A stretch of DNA of 64,000 nucleotides from a virus. A program made the translations under genes and the position numbers. Where the stretch lies: positions 1 to 64,000 of the IMG/VR virus record IMGVR_UViG_3300044799_000154. One strand, given 5' to 3'. The notes beneath the pieces were generated by a model, which searched no databases, was not told the DNA's origin, and saw only the letters and a list, made by a program, of their open reading frames with translations. Position 1 is the stretch's first letter. Every line of letters starts with the position of its first letter. This document shows positions 53,839 through 63,376 of the stretch, in pieces.

Positions 53839-54271
53839 AAGATATCAAGGTTCTCTTCCTTCTTTAGCTTTATATTTAGAAGCTTTGAAAGATGGAAATA
53901 ACAAATGTGTTTGTTGTGGTTATCCAGTTCAACTTTCTAATGTTTCTTCTTTCTCAAGAAGATACGTTAACTTCAAATGGCAATGGTTTCTGATATGCAA
54001 AAATGATTATTGTGAAAGAATGGAAAGAAGTGGAAAGTATGCGGATTAATCCCAGTAGAAGATTTCAAAAAGAAGACTTCTATTGTTATCTAGAAGCAGA
54101 TTCTCTTGTTATTACGAAAGAAGAACTCACGGAGTTAGAATCATTAAAAATAGATATTCTAAGAACGTATCATATTAAGAAAATTAGGAGGAAAGAAATA
54201 TGAAAAGAACCAAAGACTTAAATACAGGTGAAACACCTTGTATGTTGGAAGGAAGGATGGTGTCCTAGAAG

Positions 54272-55249
54272 ATGCCACAAGAAACTGATGTAGTTAAGAG
54301 ACTAAAGAAAGGTATCAATCTCCTTTACATGCATGATGATGCAGATGGTATTACCTCTGCTGTTCTTTTAAGCCATGCGTTTCCTGTCAAAGAAGTCTTC
54401 TGTCCTGAAGACTTTGGAGAATGGGCAGCAAAGGCAGATATTGCAAAGAAATACATTCCGCCAGATGTTGCTGTTGACATGGTTCCAAAAGATCCAGAAT
54501 GGGCTGGTCTATGTATAGATCATCACCCTACTCATCCTGCAAGCAATGTGAGAAAATATACTTTAGTCTGGGATGGAGGATATCCTGCAACAGGCATTAT
54601 TTACAATCTCTTCAAAGATTATATTCCACCAGAACATCATTGGAAGATGGTTGTAGGCTTAGTTGGGGATGGACAGGCTGATTTGATTCCACCTGAGATT
54701 TGGGCAAAGTGTCCAAGTTTGCTAGATGGTTATGGATCGGTCTATGAAAAGTATGGGAAGGTAACAATCTATAAACTCCCAGTGTATCTCAAACTCTCCT
54801 CGTTTATCAATGCTCCTTGTAAGATACCTGACAAGTGGTATACAGGATATCAAATTTTGAAGAATGCTAAAGAACCTTTGGATATCATAGAAGACCCTGC
54901 ATTAAGAGCAGCTAAAGAAACTGTAGATGAAGAATACAAAAGAGTTATGCGGGATTCGGCACCTATTGAATTTCCTAATCTTAGAGTATGGAGACTATCT
55001 TCAGACTATAAGTTGGAAAGAACAATAGCATGGAAAGCAAGTGAGATAGACCAAAAGACTTGTCTTATTGTAAACACAAAAACAGGGCGTATGTCGTTGC
55101 GAGGAGTATTAAGTCTAGTAATTTATGAGGAATTGAAAAAGATGAATTACAACATAAATGGACATCCAGGCTTTGGGGGCGGAAAGCTAACAAAGAATCA
55201 GTCACCAGAGCAATTAATCCGAGATTTAAGAAAGATCAAAATAATCTAA
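54272..55249 (+). CDS. DHH-family phosphoesterase (RecJ/GAN-like)
   Basis: HDDADGITS, CIDHH, SLRG and GHPGFGG. Confidence 0.8.
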   Translation: MPQETDVVKRLKKGINLLYMHDDADGITSAVLLSHAFPVKEVFCPEDFGEWAAKADIAKKYIPPDVAVDMVPKDPEWAGLCIDHHPTHPASNVRKYTLVWDGGYPATGIIYNLFKDYIPPEHHWKMVVGLVGDGQADLIPPEIWAKCPSLLDGYGSVYEKYGKVTIYKLPVYLKLSSFINAPCKIPDKWYTGYQILKNAKEPLDIIEDPALRAAKETVDEEYKRVMRDSAPIEFPNLRVWRLSSDYKLERTIAWKASEIDQKTCLIVNTKTGRMSLRGVLSLVIYEELKKMNYNINGHPGFGGGKLTKNQSPEQLIRDLRKIKII

Positions 55250-55265
55250 AAGGAGGAAAAGAAAA

Positions 55266-56333
55266 ATGGATAAAGAATTCATAAATAGGTGGGTTAAAAG
55301 CACCAAAAAACCACTCAAAGAACTAGAGAAGAAATTTGATGAGATATGTATGGAGGTTGATAGACTCCATGCAGAGAAATCAGATTTGGAGAGAGAAAGA
55401 ATCTCTAAGGTTCTATTCCGTAAAGAAATGGGAAGAGAACTTTACTCTAAATCAAAACCAGACACATACTTCGGTTTCATCCTTGGAACAAACCGAGCCT
55501 TTGACATAAATGAAAACTATAGACGCAAAGCACTTGCTCGTGCAAGAGAAGATCCAGTTCAAGCACAACTTGAGGGATTGATTGATGAGCAAGGTACACC
55601 TCTGGACCCAAGAGAAAAGTTAGGAACTAGGGATAACCCCAACTTCCATAAGCCTCTGACTGAACATCTTTGGACTCGCAAGGTCTATGGTATTGCTCAG
55701 AAAGAAGGAACTAAGGGTCCTCTAGTATTCGTCATGTCATTATGGCGAGCTAGTGCAAAGAACTTTACATACAAACCATTTGTACCTGTAGAGTTTAAAG
55801 CTCTAACAAAGGACATGAAGAAAGGATACTACACTCTAAATGTATCTACACAGACCAAGTTCCAGGTCACAAGGAAAGAAGTGGACTTCGAGAAGTGGAT
55901 TAGAGATGCTTCTAAAGTGGTAGCATTGGCTGATCTGAAAAAGATAGCAGGACAGCACATGAAAGAGTTTGATTTCTTCATTGTCACGGAGGGAGACGTG
56001 GATCTCATTCGTCCCGAAGTAAATGCAAACACAAACAGCAGAAGTATCATTCTATCAGATGCCGATTCTGGCATGATAGAAACTGTAAGACTGTTCCTAT
56101 CAGCAGACTTTCCAATAGGCTTCTCAGAACTTAGCAGAGTACTTGTGCTAGGAAAGCCTCGACTCTGGAAGAGAAATGATGAAGATGAGGAACAAGTCAG
56201 CATGGAAGCATTTTCAATATACCCATTGCCAGGCAAGACTGTAACTGGAGTAGAAGCACCAACTGAAAACATACCCACTGAAGGTGAAGATGAAGGTCCC
56301 ATCGTGGAATTCGTTGAAGAACCTGAGAAGTAA
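55266..56333 (+). CDS. putative ssDNA-binding protein (RPA-like OB folds)
   Basis: position in the replication module, beta-rich content and acidic C-terminal tail; no unique motif. Confidence 0.45.
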   Translation: MDKEFINRWVKSTKKPLKELEKKFDEICMEVDRLHAEKSDLERERISKVLFRKEMGRELYSKSKPDTYFGFILGTNRAFDINENYRRKALARAREDPVQAQLEGLIDEQGTPLDPREKLGTRDNPNFHKPLTEHLWTRKVYGIAQKEGTKGPLVFVMSLWRASAKNFTYKPFVPVEFKALTKDMKKGYYTLNVSTQTKFQVTRKEVDFEKWIRDASKVVALADLKKIAGQHMKEFDFFIVTEGDVDLIRPEVNANTNSRSIILSDADSGMIETVRLFLSADFPIGFSELSRVLVLGKPRLWKRNDEDEEQVSMEAFSIYPLPGKTVTGVEAPTENIPTEGEDEGPIVEFVEEPEK

Positions 56334-56338
56334 GGTGA

Positions 56339-57220
56339 ATGAACTTGAAGTTTAAAGAGTTCAAATGGATTCCTTTGAAGAGCTTGAAAGTCTCTGACGA
56401 GAACATCAGGAAAACTTTGATAGATAGAGAAAAGGATGCTCTTAAAAAGTGCATTCGAGCCAAGGTTATACTCGATGTTCTTACTGTAGTATACAATGAG
56501 AATGACCAAACCTATGAGATCATTAAAGGACAAAGACGACTAATAGCAGCTCTGGAACTTCAAAAAGAAGGATTTCCAATAAAGGAACTTCCTTGTATAG
56601 TAAAAGTTCCAGAGAACACTACTAAACCAGAAGGGGCAGAAGAATGTGTCTGTGATGAACTATTGCGATGTGGTACTGAAGCTAATGATATTGGACAAGC
56701 CATTCAAAAGTTGATAGCATATTATGGTTCAGTAAACAAAGTTAGCCAAGAACTTGGTATAGCTGAAGATTGGCTAAACTACTATATCCAACATTTGAAT
56801 CTTAATGAGCCAGCAAATGCACAAGAAGCTACTAGTTCTGTCACATCCAAGATCTTAGAAGATTTTAGTAAGAAAGAACCTGATGTGGAAGCAGTTACAG
56901 ATCCTTTGGCTGACTTTTCGTTGGAAGAACGGAAAGAAGCTGAGAGGAGAATACTTGAGACACCAAAAGTGTCAATACCTGTAATCAAATCTGCTACAAA
57001 GGATTGGTTGGACAACTCTAGAGATTTTCTTTTTAGAGTTGATGAAAAGAACTTCCAGGCTCTCTCAGATTGGGCTAAGACTGGTCAAGCTAAAGTGAAT
57101 ATTACTATTGACATAGAACTGCCAATTCATGAACAAGGAATTCAAATAAGACGAGCAATGGATATTGTCGTTAATGAAGCTCTTAAAGAAATCCTAAGAA
57201 AGTTACATTTCAGAACCTAA
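56339..57220 (+). CDS. ParB/Srx N-terminal domain protein
   Basis: ENIRK, YEIIKGQRRLIAA, then an HTH-like SVNKVSQELG. Confidence 0.8.
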   Translation: MNLKFKEFKWIPLKSLKVSDENIRKTLIDREKDALKKCIRAKVILDVLTVVYNENDQTYEIIKGQRRLIAALELQKEGFPIKELPCIVKVPENTTKPEGAEECVCDELLRCGTEANDIGQAIQKLIAYYGSVNKVSQELGIAEDWLNYYIQHLNLNEPANAQEATSSVTSKILEDFSKKEPDVEAVTDPLADFSLEERKEAERRILETPKVSIPVIKSATKDWLDNSRDFLFRVDEKNFQALSDWAKTGQAKVNITIDIELPIHEQGIQIRRAMDIVVNEALKEILRKLHFRT

Positions 57221-57671
57221 GCTCCCAAGTTTCTTTGGAGCATATCATTAAATTGAGGTCAGAACATGAGTCAGAAATTTAAAATAGCAACAGAAAGTAT
57301 CAAAGGTACAAAGTTCAGTATTGAATTCGAAATAACAAACAGTGGATCTTGGAAAATAAGTAACTTACCACCACTTCCTAAAAGGAACTATTGGAATTGG
57401 AATACAAATTACTATTACAAAAACTATCCTGTCTTGAAAGAGTTACTATTTGTAATTAACTTTCTAAAAGAAAATCAGATCAAATTAAACACCCTAAGTG
57501 CCAGAGACCTTTCAGAGATAATCTGTATGTTGTTAGAAATAAAAATAATACCTAAGCAGAACACCGTAGGCAGCGTCCTAAGTAAGAAATATCCAAAGAA
57601 AGCCTTGGTTCTTACTCATGTTATAAAAGACCTTGAAACTAAATTGAAATTAATATAGGAGGAAAAAGAAA

Positions 57672-58595
57672 ATGTCATTTTGTTCTACAGGATGCAAGAG
57701 CTTGGATGATATGATGAATGGTGGATTCCCACTGAAAGCTCCTAGTTTAGTCTTTGGTATTCCAAACCTGGGAAAGACTTGGTTATGCTTTCAGACTGCT
57801 TCTAACTGCACTCGTGAGATAAGCAAAGGTGGACTTGGAAGACCAGCTTTATACTTGGATACAGAATCATTCTTTACTCCAGATGTCTTTGATAGATTCT
57901 ATGGATACTTTGGGAAGAGATGGACTGACCTGCCCAAGAATCCAAAGATAGAAGTTAAGATGATCTCAGATATCTTCGAACTTGGTAAAGAATTCGGCAT
58001 TCAGTATGAAATTGTTCAAGAGGAAGCAAGAGTTTCTGTATTGGCTAAGTTCCCTACTGATAGGCAAGCAAAACTTGCTGAAGGAAAAGGAGATGTAGTA
58101 AAACAAACTGTTCAGACTTATGATTGGCTAACAGGATCTCCTATTTGGAAAGCAATGGAAGCTAAGAACTATGGCATAATAGTTCTGGATTCAATAACAG
58201 TACCAATTAAAAGTGTTATTCCAAAAGGAACACAACATTTGCCTGGACGAGGAACTCTAATAACATCATTACTAGGAACTTTATATCCAATAGCTAAACA
58301 CTTCAATTGTGCAATTGTTATAACAGATCACTACTCAAGCAATCCAATGATGGGATATGGTCAGGGATTTGGAGGGAGTGCATGGGGAGGTCAAGACATG
58401 ATGTTCTACATTAAGTATCACTATGGAATAGCACCTGCTCTCAAAGAACAGAGAGAGAAATATGGACCAGATGCAGAAAGACTCAGAAGGATTGAAAGAC
58501 ATAGATTTCCAGGATTAGACAAAGATATTCAATTGTTCTTGCTAATGAAAGACTACGGATACACAGACGTACCTAGAGGTTCTAGACCTGCTTAG
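57672..58595 (+). CDS. RadA/RadB (RecA-family) recombinase-like ATPase
   Basis: STGCKSLDDMMNGGFP, Walker A GIPNLGKT, YLDTE, Walker B IIVLDS. Confidence 0.85.
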   Translation: MSFCSTGCKSLDDMMNGGFPLKAPSLVFGIPNLGKTWLCFQTASNCTREISKGGLGRPALYLDTESFFTPDVFDRFYGYFGKRWTDLPKNPKIEVKMISDIFELGKEFGIQYEIVQEEARVSVLAKFPTDRQAKLAEGKGDVVKQTVQTYDWLTGSPIWKAMEAKNYGIIVLDSITVPIKSVIPKGTQHLPGRGTLITSLLGTLYPIAKHFNCAIVITDHYSSNPMMGYGQGFGGSAWGGQDMMFYIKYHYGIAPALKEQREKYGPDAERLRRIERHRFPGLDKDIQLFLLMKDYGYTDVPRGSRPA

Positions 58596-58817
58596 AGGGA
58601 TAACCAATGACAGGCACTAAAACTACTGCAAAGACTGAATCCAAGAAGTATCCTTGTGTTTTTAAACTAACAGATGATTGCCCAGTGAAAGCTGAGTTTA
58701 AGTTGAAACCAGAGAACTTGAGACCTTGGTGTGAAATATGTCCTATTAGACATCAAGAGATCAAAGAAGTTGAAGCTGAAGTAGAAGCAGATCAAGAAAA
58801 AAGTTAGGGATAAGAAG

Positions 58818-59561
58818 ATGAAGAAATCTCCAGACAATAATAATCTACAAATAACATTCCCAATAGAAGACCAACTGAAAGATGAAGAAGAGAAAAAGAA
58901 TGGGAATGGTTTACAGACCTCATTTGCTCCAGGATTTACAGGAATTATAGTTGATGTTCATGAGCCAAAGATAATTGCTCTATCTCTTCAGAAAGACAAA
59001 GGTCTTCTTGTTAAAGTTATGTCATTGAAATCTGGAGACTATGTCTTTGCAAATGTTGGAATTGAAAGGAAGGACTTTGGGGACTATATGACTAGCTTAA
59101 CCTCTGGTCGGCTTTGGGAACAAATGTATAACTTAAAGAGAACTTATGAGAGACCTGTTCTAGTTGTTGAAGGTCTCAAAGATCCAACTTTACAATTGGC
59201 TGGAAACATCTCTATCAGGTTTGTTAGTTCTTTGTCAAGGATAATTCTTATGGGAATATCTGTTGTCGTACTTCCAACTCTTGCTCATTTTCTAAGTTTT
59301 ATTCAGTATACATACTTATCTTGTGGTCGGCAAGGAATAAGTATGAAACCAATTCCCAAGAAACCTTGGTATCGAGAGAAGGAAGAAATCAAAGAAGACC
59401 TTCTTTGTATGTGCCCAGGAATAGGAAGAAAGACAGCTAAATCTATCTTAGCTAGATTTAATACGTTTGATAAACTAATGGCTGCTAGTCCATTGGAGAT
59501 AGCAAATACAGGTCTAGGGAAAAAGAGAAGTCAGGCACTCTGGGAAATACTTCATACCTGA
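58818..59561 (+). CDS. XPF/ERCC4 structure-specific endonuclease
   Basis: VDVHE, GDY, IERK..D...S..GRL..Q and C-terminal HhH PGIGRKTA. Confidence 0.9.
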   Translation: MKKSPDNNNLQITFPIEDQLKDEEEKKNGNGLQTSFAPGFTGIIVDVHEPKIIALSLQKDKGLLVKVMSLKSGDYVFANVGIERKDFGDYMTSLTSGRLWEQMYNLKRTYERPVLVVEGLKDPTLQLAGNISIRFVSSLSRIILMGISVVVLPTLAHFLSFIQYTYLSCGRQGISMKPIPKKPWYREKEEIKEDLLCMCPGIGRKTAKSILARFNTFDKLMAASPLEIANTGLGKKRSQALWEILHT

Positions 59562-59575
59562 AGGAAGGATGCACA

Positions 59576-62362
59576 ATGAAAATTATACCAAATGAGAAGA
59601 TCTGTATCAATTGTTGGGAATATCTAAACCTGCCAAATGCTCAGAAAGAGGTTGTTCCTGTAATCTTTGCATGGTACAGAGATTACCAAAAGAATAGAAA
59701 ACGTCTTGTTTTTCGAGGCTTTGAACCTTATTGCTATGTAGATCAAAGTATTAGAGTGCCTCAATTCTTCTATCACAAGGAAACTGGAGAAAAAGAGAAG
59801 CTTGTTAAACGATTAGAGACAACCCGAATTAGAGATCCAGGTAATCCTATGTTATTGAAAGTATTCACATTCTTACCCTCTCAAGTTAGAGCTATTAGAA
59901 TTCTTCTTGAATCACAAAATCCTCCTTTAGGAGATCATATCTTTGAAGCAGATATAGAATTTATCTATAGATTTATGATAGACAAGAAGATTAGATTCGC
60001 ATTGGAAAGGACACCTTCTGGGTTCTTACCAATAGAAGAAGAGATTCCTTCAAATCTCAAATATGTCTTTCTAGACTTTGAAGTTTATACTAATAGAAAG
60101 CCTGATCCTAGAAAACTTAGGATAGGAGAGAAAGTTATCTGTGCTACTCTCTGGGATAATTATTCTAAGATATATCATCTTTTCTACGAATATTCTAGAC
60201 AATTAACTTTACCTTCATTTGGTTCAAATGTTGTAGTCCATTATTGTGTGAATGAGAGAGAACTCCTTAAATCAGTTACAAAATATCTGATGGAACAAGA
60301 CCCAGATATCATTGCTGGATATAACATTGATTGGGACTTAACATGTCTTATCAAGACTATGGAACAACGGTATAAGATGTCTCCAGATGTTATTAGTCCA
60401 CTCAAGAAAGTTAAGATACGCAATTCCAAGAAGAGACTTGGAGATATTCTCATTAATGCTCCTCGTGCTAGGATATGGGGTAGAAGTACATTAGACCTTC
60501 TGGAACTTTACATGAAGATGCATCTTTCTGGATTAGAAGAAATGACATTGGAATATGTAGCTAAACTAGAGAAACTTCCAATTCAGAAGATTGTTGTTCC
60601 TGACTTCTTTGATACATGGAATAAGAATCCTGAGTTGATTATTAGAAGGAACTTAGGAGATGTTCAGATTTATGTGGAATTAGAGAAGAAACTCAATCTC
60701 ATTAGATTTGCAGATGAACAGAGAAGACTAGTAGGCTGTAGATTAGAAGATACTCTCTCATCAAAGAAGATGTTAGACTTATTCATGATGAGAATGAAAG
60801 ACAAGAAGATAATGCCTACAGCTAGAAGTCGAGGAGCTAAGTATATTGGAGCTTATGTTAGAGATCCTATCTCTGGAATGTATTCCTGGGTTATACAATT
60901 AGACTTCTCTGCTCTATATCCTACTATAATGATATGCTTCAATATTGATCCTGATACTTTCAGAAATCCTCAGTTCTATAAGGGATCAGAGGATTTATTC
61001 AGATTAGATGAGAGCCATGCTTTTGTTAAAGATCCAATTGGTCTTATTCCTAAGATGTTAAAGAAACTGCTAGAGCTAAGGGCTCAGAAGAAGCAACTTC
61101 AAGTAGAAGCTTTAGCTAAGAATGATGATGAAGCCTACAAGATGTATAACTTACAGGAAGGAGTAATCAAAGTTCTGAGCAATGCATTGTATGGAGTTAT
61201 GGGTTATAGGTTTAGAAAAGGAAGTAAGGAAACGGTAGAGTCAGTAACTTTAATGGGCAGAAGTCTCATCACTTTTGTAGCTGAAAAATTAATTGAATCT
61301 AATAGGAAAGTAATATATGGTGATACAGATTCAGTCTTCTTTGAAGCAAAAGGAAAGAGTTTAGATGAGTGTCTTGTAGAAGCAAAAGAAATACAAGCAA
61401 TGATTCATGCAAAGTTACCTGAATTCTTAGCTAAGTTTGGAGTAACAGGAGAACAGCCATTTAATATTGAACCTGCTCAAATTTATTCTGCTTTCTTCAT
61501 ATTGGAAGCTAAGAAAAGATATGCAGGAAAGATTGAATGGGATTCCAAAAGAGGGACCAAACTTAACTATAGGTACAATATCAAAGGTCTGGAAACAAGA
61601 AGATCAGATCTCTCGGTATTAGGAAAGAGAATTCAGAAAGAAGTAATACATAAGCTTCTAGAGAAGACTTCCAAAGAAGAGATGCTCAAGTTCTTAGAAA
61701 CAGAATTAAGTAATTTTGATACTCTACCATTGACAGAGATTGGTACTCCTTCTGCAATAGGACAGCCATTGAAAGCATATAAAGGAAATGCTATTCAGAA
61801 AACTTCTGCTGAATATTCCAATAACTTCTTACACACTCAATTTGATGTTGGATCTAAACCCAAAAGAATTGCAATAAAAGGAGTTCCTCCTCGAATAGAA
61901 CAATCAGAAATTCTAGTAGGTTTACCAAAAGGACAAATTTATAGAGTCAAGAATGTTCCTTTGTCTGAAATAACAAAGTTAGAGATGGGATACTTAGATA
62001 TCAAGAATAAACTCAAAAGTTATCATGCAGATGGATCTTTTGTTCTGGATCTTGAAGCTAAAAATCAAACTATCTCAATTAGTTATTTGCAAGGATATTC
62101 AGATACTCATTCTATAGCTATAGATTATGGTATAGTTCCACCTCCAGGATTCCAGATAGATTATTTGAAGATGTTGGATTCAACAGTAAAAAAGAAGATT
62201 GAGAAATTAATTGCTATGATTGGAATAACTTGGGAAGAAATCAACCTAAAGCCTGAATTGAAGATTGTTCCCAAAGTTCCAAAGAAACGAAAAGAAAAAG
62301 TAGATAAAAAAGGAAAGATAAAAGATGACAAGCAAAAAACCCTTAGCCAATTCAAGTGTTGA
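59576..62362 (+). CDS. polB: family B DNA polymerase
   Basis: Exo I DFE, Exo II YNIDWD, DFSALYP, K..SNALYG, YGDTDS and KKRYAG. Confidence 0.97.
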   Translation: MKIIPNEKICINCWEYLNLPNAQKEVVPVIFAWYRDYQKNRKRLVFRGFEPYCYVDQSIRVPQFFYHKETGEKEKLVKRLETTRIRDPGNPMLLKVFTFLPSQVRAIRILLESQNPPLGDHIFEADIEFIYRFMIDKKIRFALERTPSGFLPIEEEIPSNLKYVFLDFEVYTNRKPDPRKLRIGEKVICATLWDNYSKIYHLFYEYSRQLTLPSFGSNVVVHYCVNERELLKSVTKYLMEQDPDIIAGYNIDWDLTCLIKTMEQRYKMSPDVISPLKKVKIRNSKKRLGDILINAPRARIWGRSTLDLLELYMKMHLSGLEEMTLEYVAKLEKLPIQKIVVPDFFDTWNKNPELIIRRNLGDVQIYVELEKKLNLIRFADEQRRLVGCRLEDTLSSKKMLDLFMMRMKDKKIMPTARSRGAKYIGAYVRDPISGMYSWVIQLDFSALYPTIMICFNIDPDTFRNPQFYKGSEDLFRLDESHAFVKDPIGLIPKMLKKLLELRAQKKQLQVEALAKNDDEAYKMYNLQEGVIKVLSNALYGVMGYRFRKGSKETVESVTLMGRSLITFVAEKLIESNRKVIYGDTDSVFFEAKGKSLDECLVEAKEIQAMIHAKLPEFLAKFGVTGEQPFNIEPAQIYSAFFILEAKKRYAGKIEWDSKRGTKLNYRYNIKGLETRRSDLSVLGKRIQKEVIHKLLEKTSKEEMLKFLETELSNFDTLPLTEIGTPSAIGQPLKAYKGNAIQKTSAEYSNNFLHTQFDVGSKPKRIAIKGVPPRIEQSEILVGLPKGQIYRVKNVPLSEITKLEMGYLDIKNKLKSYHADGSFVLDLEAKNQTISISYLQGYSDTHSIAIDYGIVPPPGFQIDYLKMLDSTVKKKIEKLIAMIGITWEEINLKPELKIVPKVPKKRKEKVDKKGKIKDDKQKTLSQFKC

Positions 62363-62797
62363 CGATCTAATAGAAATGCTTAGAAAGTATAAAGAAGAGA
62401 AAGAAGCTAGAGACTTTCTTATGAGGATTCTATTAGAGCATCCAGAGAAGAAAACCGAAATGGATGAGGAATTGTGGAAGAAGAAGACTAATCCATCGAA
62501 GAGGAATAATAAATGACGGGAAAGATAAAGTATGGGTTCCATGAATTACGCAATAAAAACCCAAATAAGTATACCAGAGAACTTTATAAAGTCAATTTAG
62601 ACTATAAACAAAAGAAAATAATTCGTAGTCTGAATTCTTATTATAATAATAAAACTTGGATGGTTAGAAATTGTATTACATGTGGTAGATTCTGCTCTAA
62701 GTATTCTAGTAAGTACTGCAAAGATTGTGCAGTAATCTTTCATATAATTGATTCTAGAATTGGAGCTTGTGAACAAAGGAGGAGGCAAAAATAGTTT

Positions 62798-63223
62798 ATG
62801 AAAATCTTCACGAGATATCCAAGAATATGTATGCGTGAGAAGAAAGTAGTCTTCTCAGAAGAAGAATTATTGGATAATATCCGAGAAGGAGCTCAAAATA
62901 GAAAGCAATGTATAATGAGCTTATACTCCTTTGAAGAAGTCTATGATAAGAAAGTAAGACCAGAGACTGCTGTTATTGATTGTGCTATGTGGATTGGAGA
63001 TAGAGCATTCTGTGAAAGTAAATGTAAATTATTTCCACATGATTCATCTCTCGTTATTGATGAAGGCAAGGATCATTTAGCTATTGTCTTCAAGAACTTT
63101 ACACGAGAACAATTACAAAGTTTAAATGCCTGTACAGAGTTAGATATTATGATTGTTGTGCCTGGTTGCTTGAACCTCCGCACAGGCAAGAAATGTACTA
63201 TCGTCAAGAGGAATAACATTTGA
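62798..63223 (+). CDS. hypothetical protein, weakly primase-N-terminus-like
   Basis: YPR..V.S.EE...SLYSF...AVID pattern, but no clear DxD. Confidence 0.35.
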   Translation: MKIFTRYPRICMREKKVVFSEEELLDNIREGAQNRKQCIMSLYSFEEVYDKKVRPETAVIDCAMWIGDRAFCESKCKLFPHDSSLVIDEGKDHLAIVFKNFTREQLQSLNACTELDIMIVVPGCLNLRTGKKCTIVKRNNI

Positions 63224-63376
63224 AAATAATAGATAAAATTGCGAGTACAGTAATTTTAAATACAGGTGAAAATATTCAAATAGGACCAATATTACTAATG
63301 AATACAGCATCTGGAAAGAAATTACGAATCTCAATAGAAATATCTGAAGAAATAAATCCATCTGGGAGAAAAGAAA

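Noticed and set aside
50773-62362. Inteins or introns in nrdJ or polB
   Set aside because: Both are continuous ORFs of ordinary size with no Hint or LAGLIDADG insertion visible.
54218-63271. Identical 16-mer TTAAATACAGGTGAAA at 54218 and 63256 as a shared promoter
   Set aside because: Only two copies, and the second lies inside the tagged micro-ORF 63220..63390 (LNTGE). The first could still be a TATA box for the replication genes, but support is thin.
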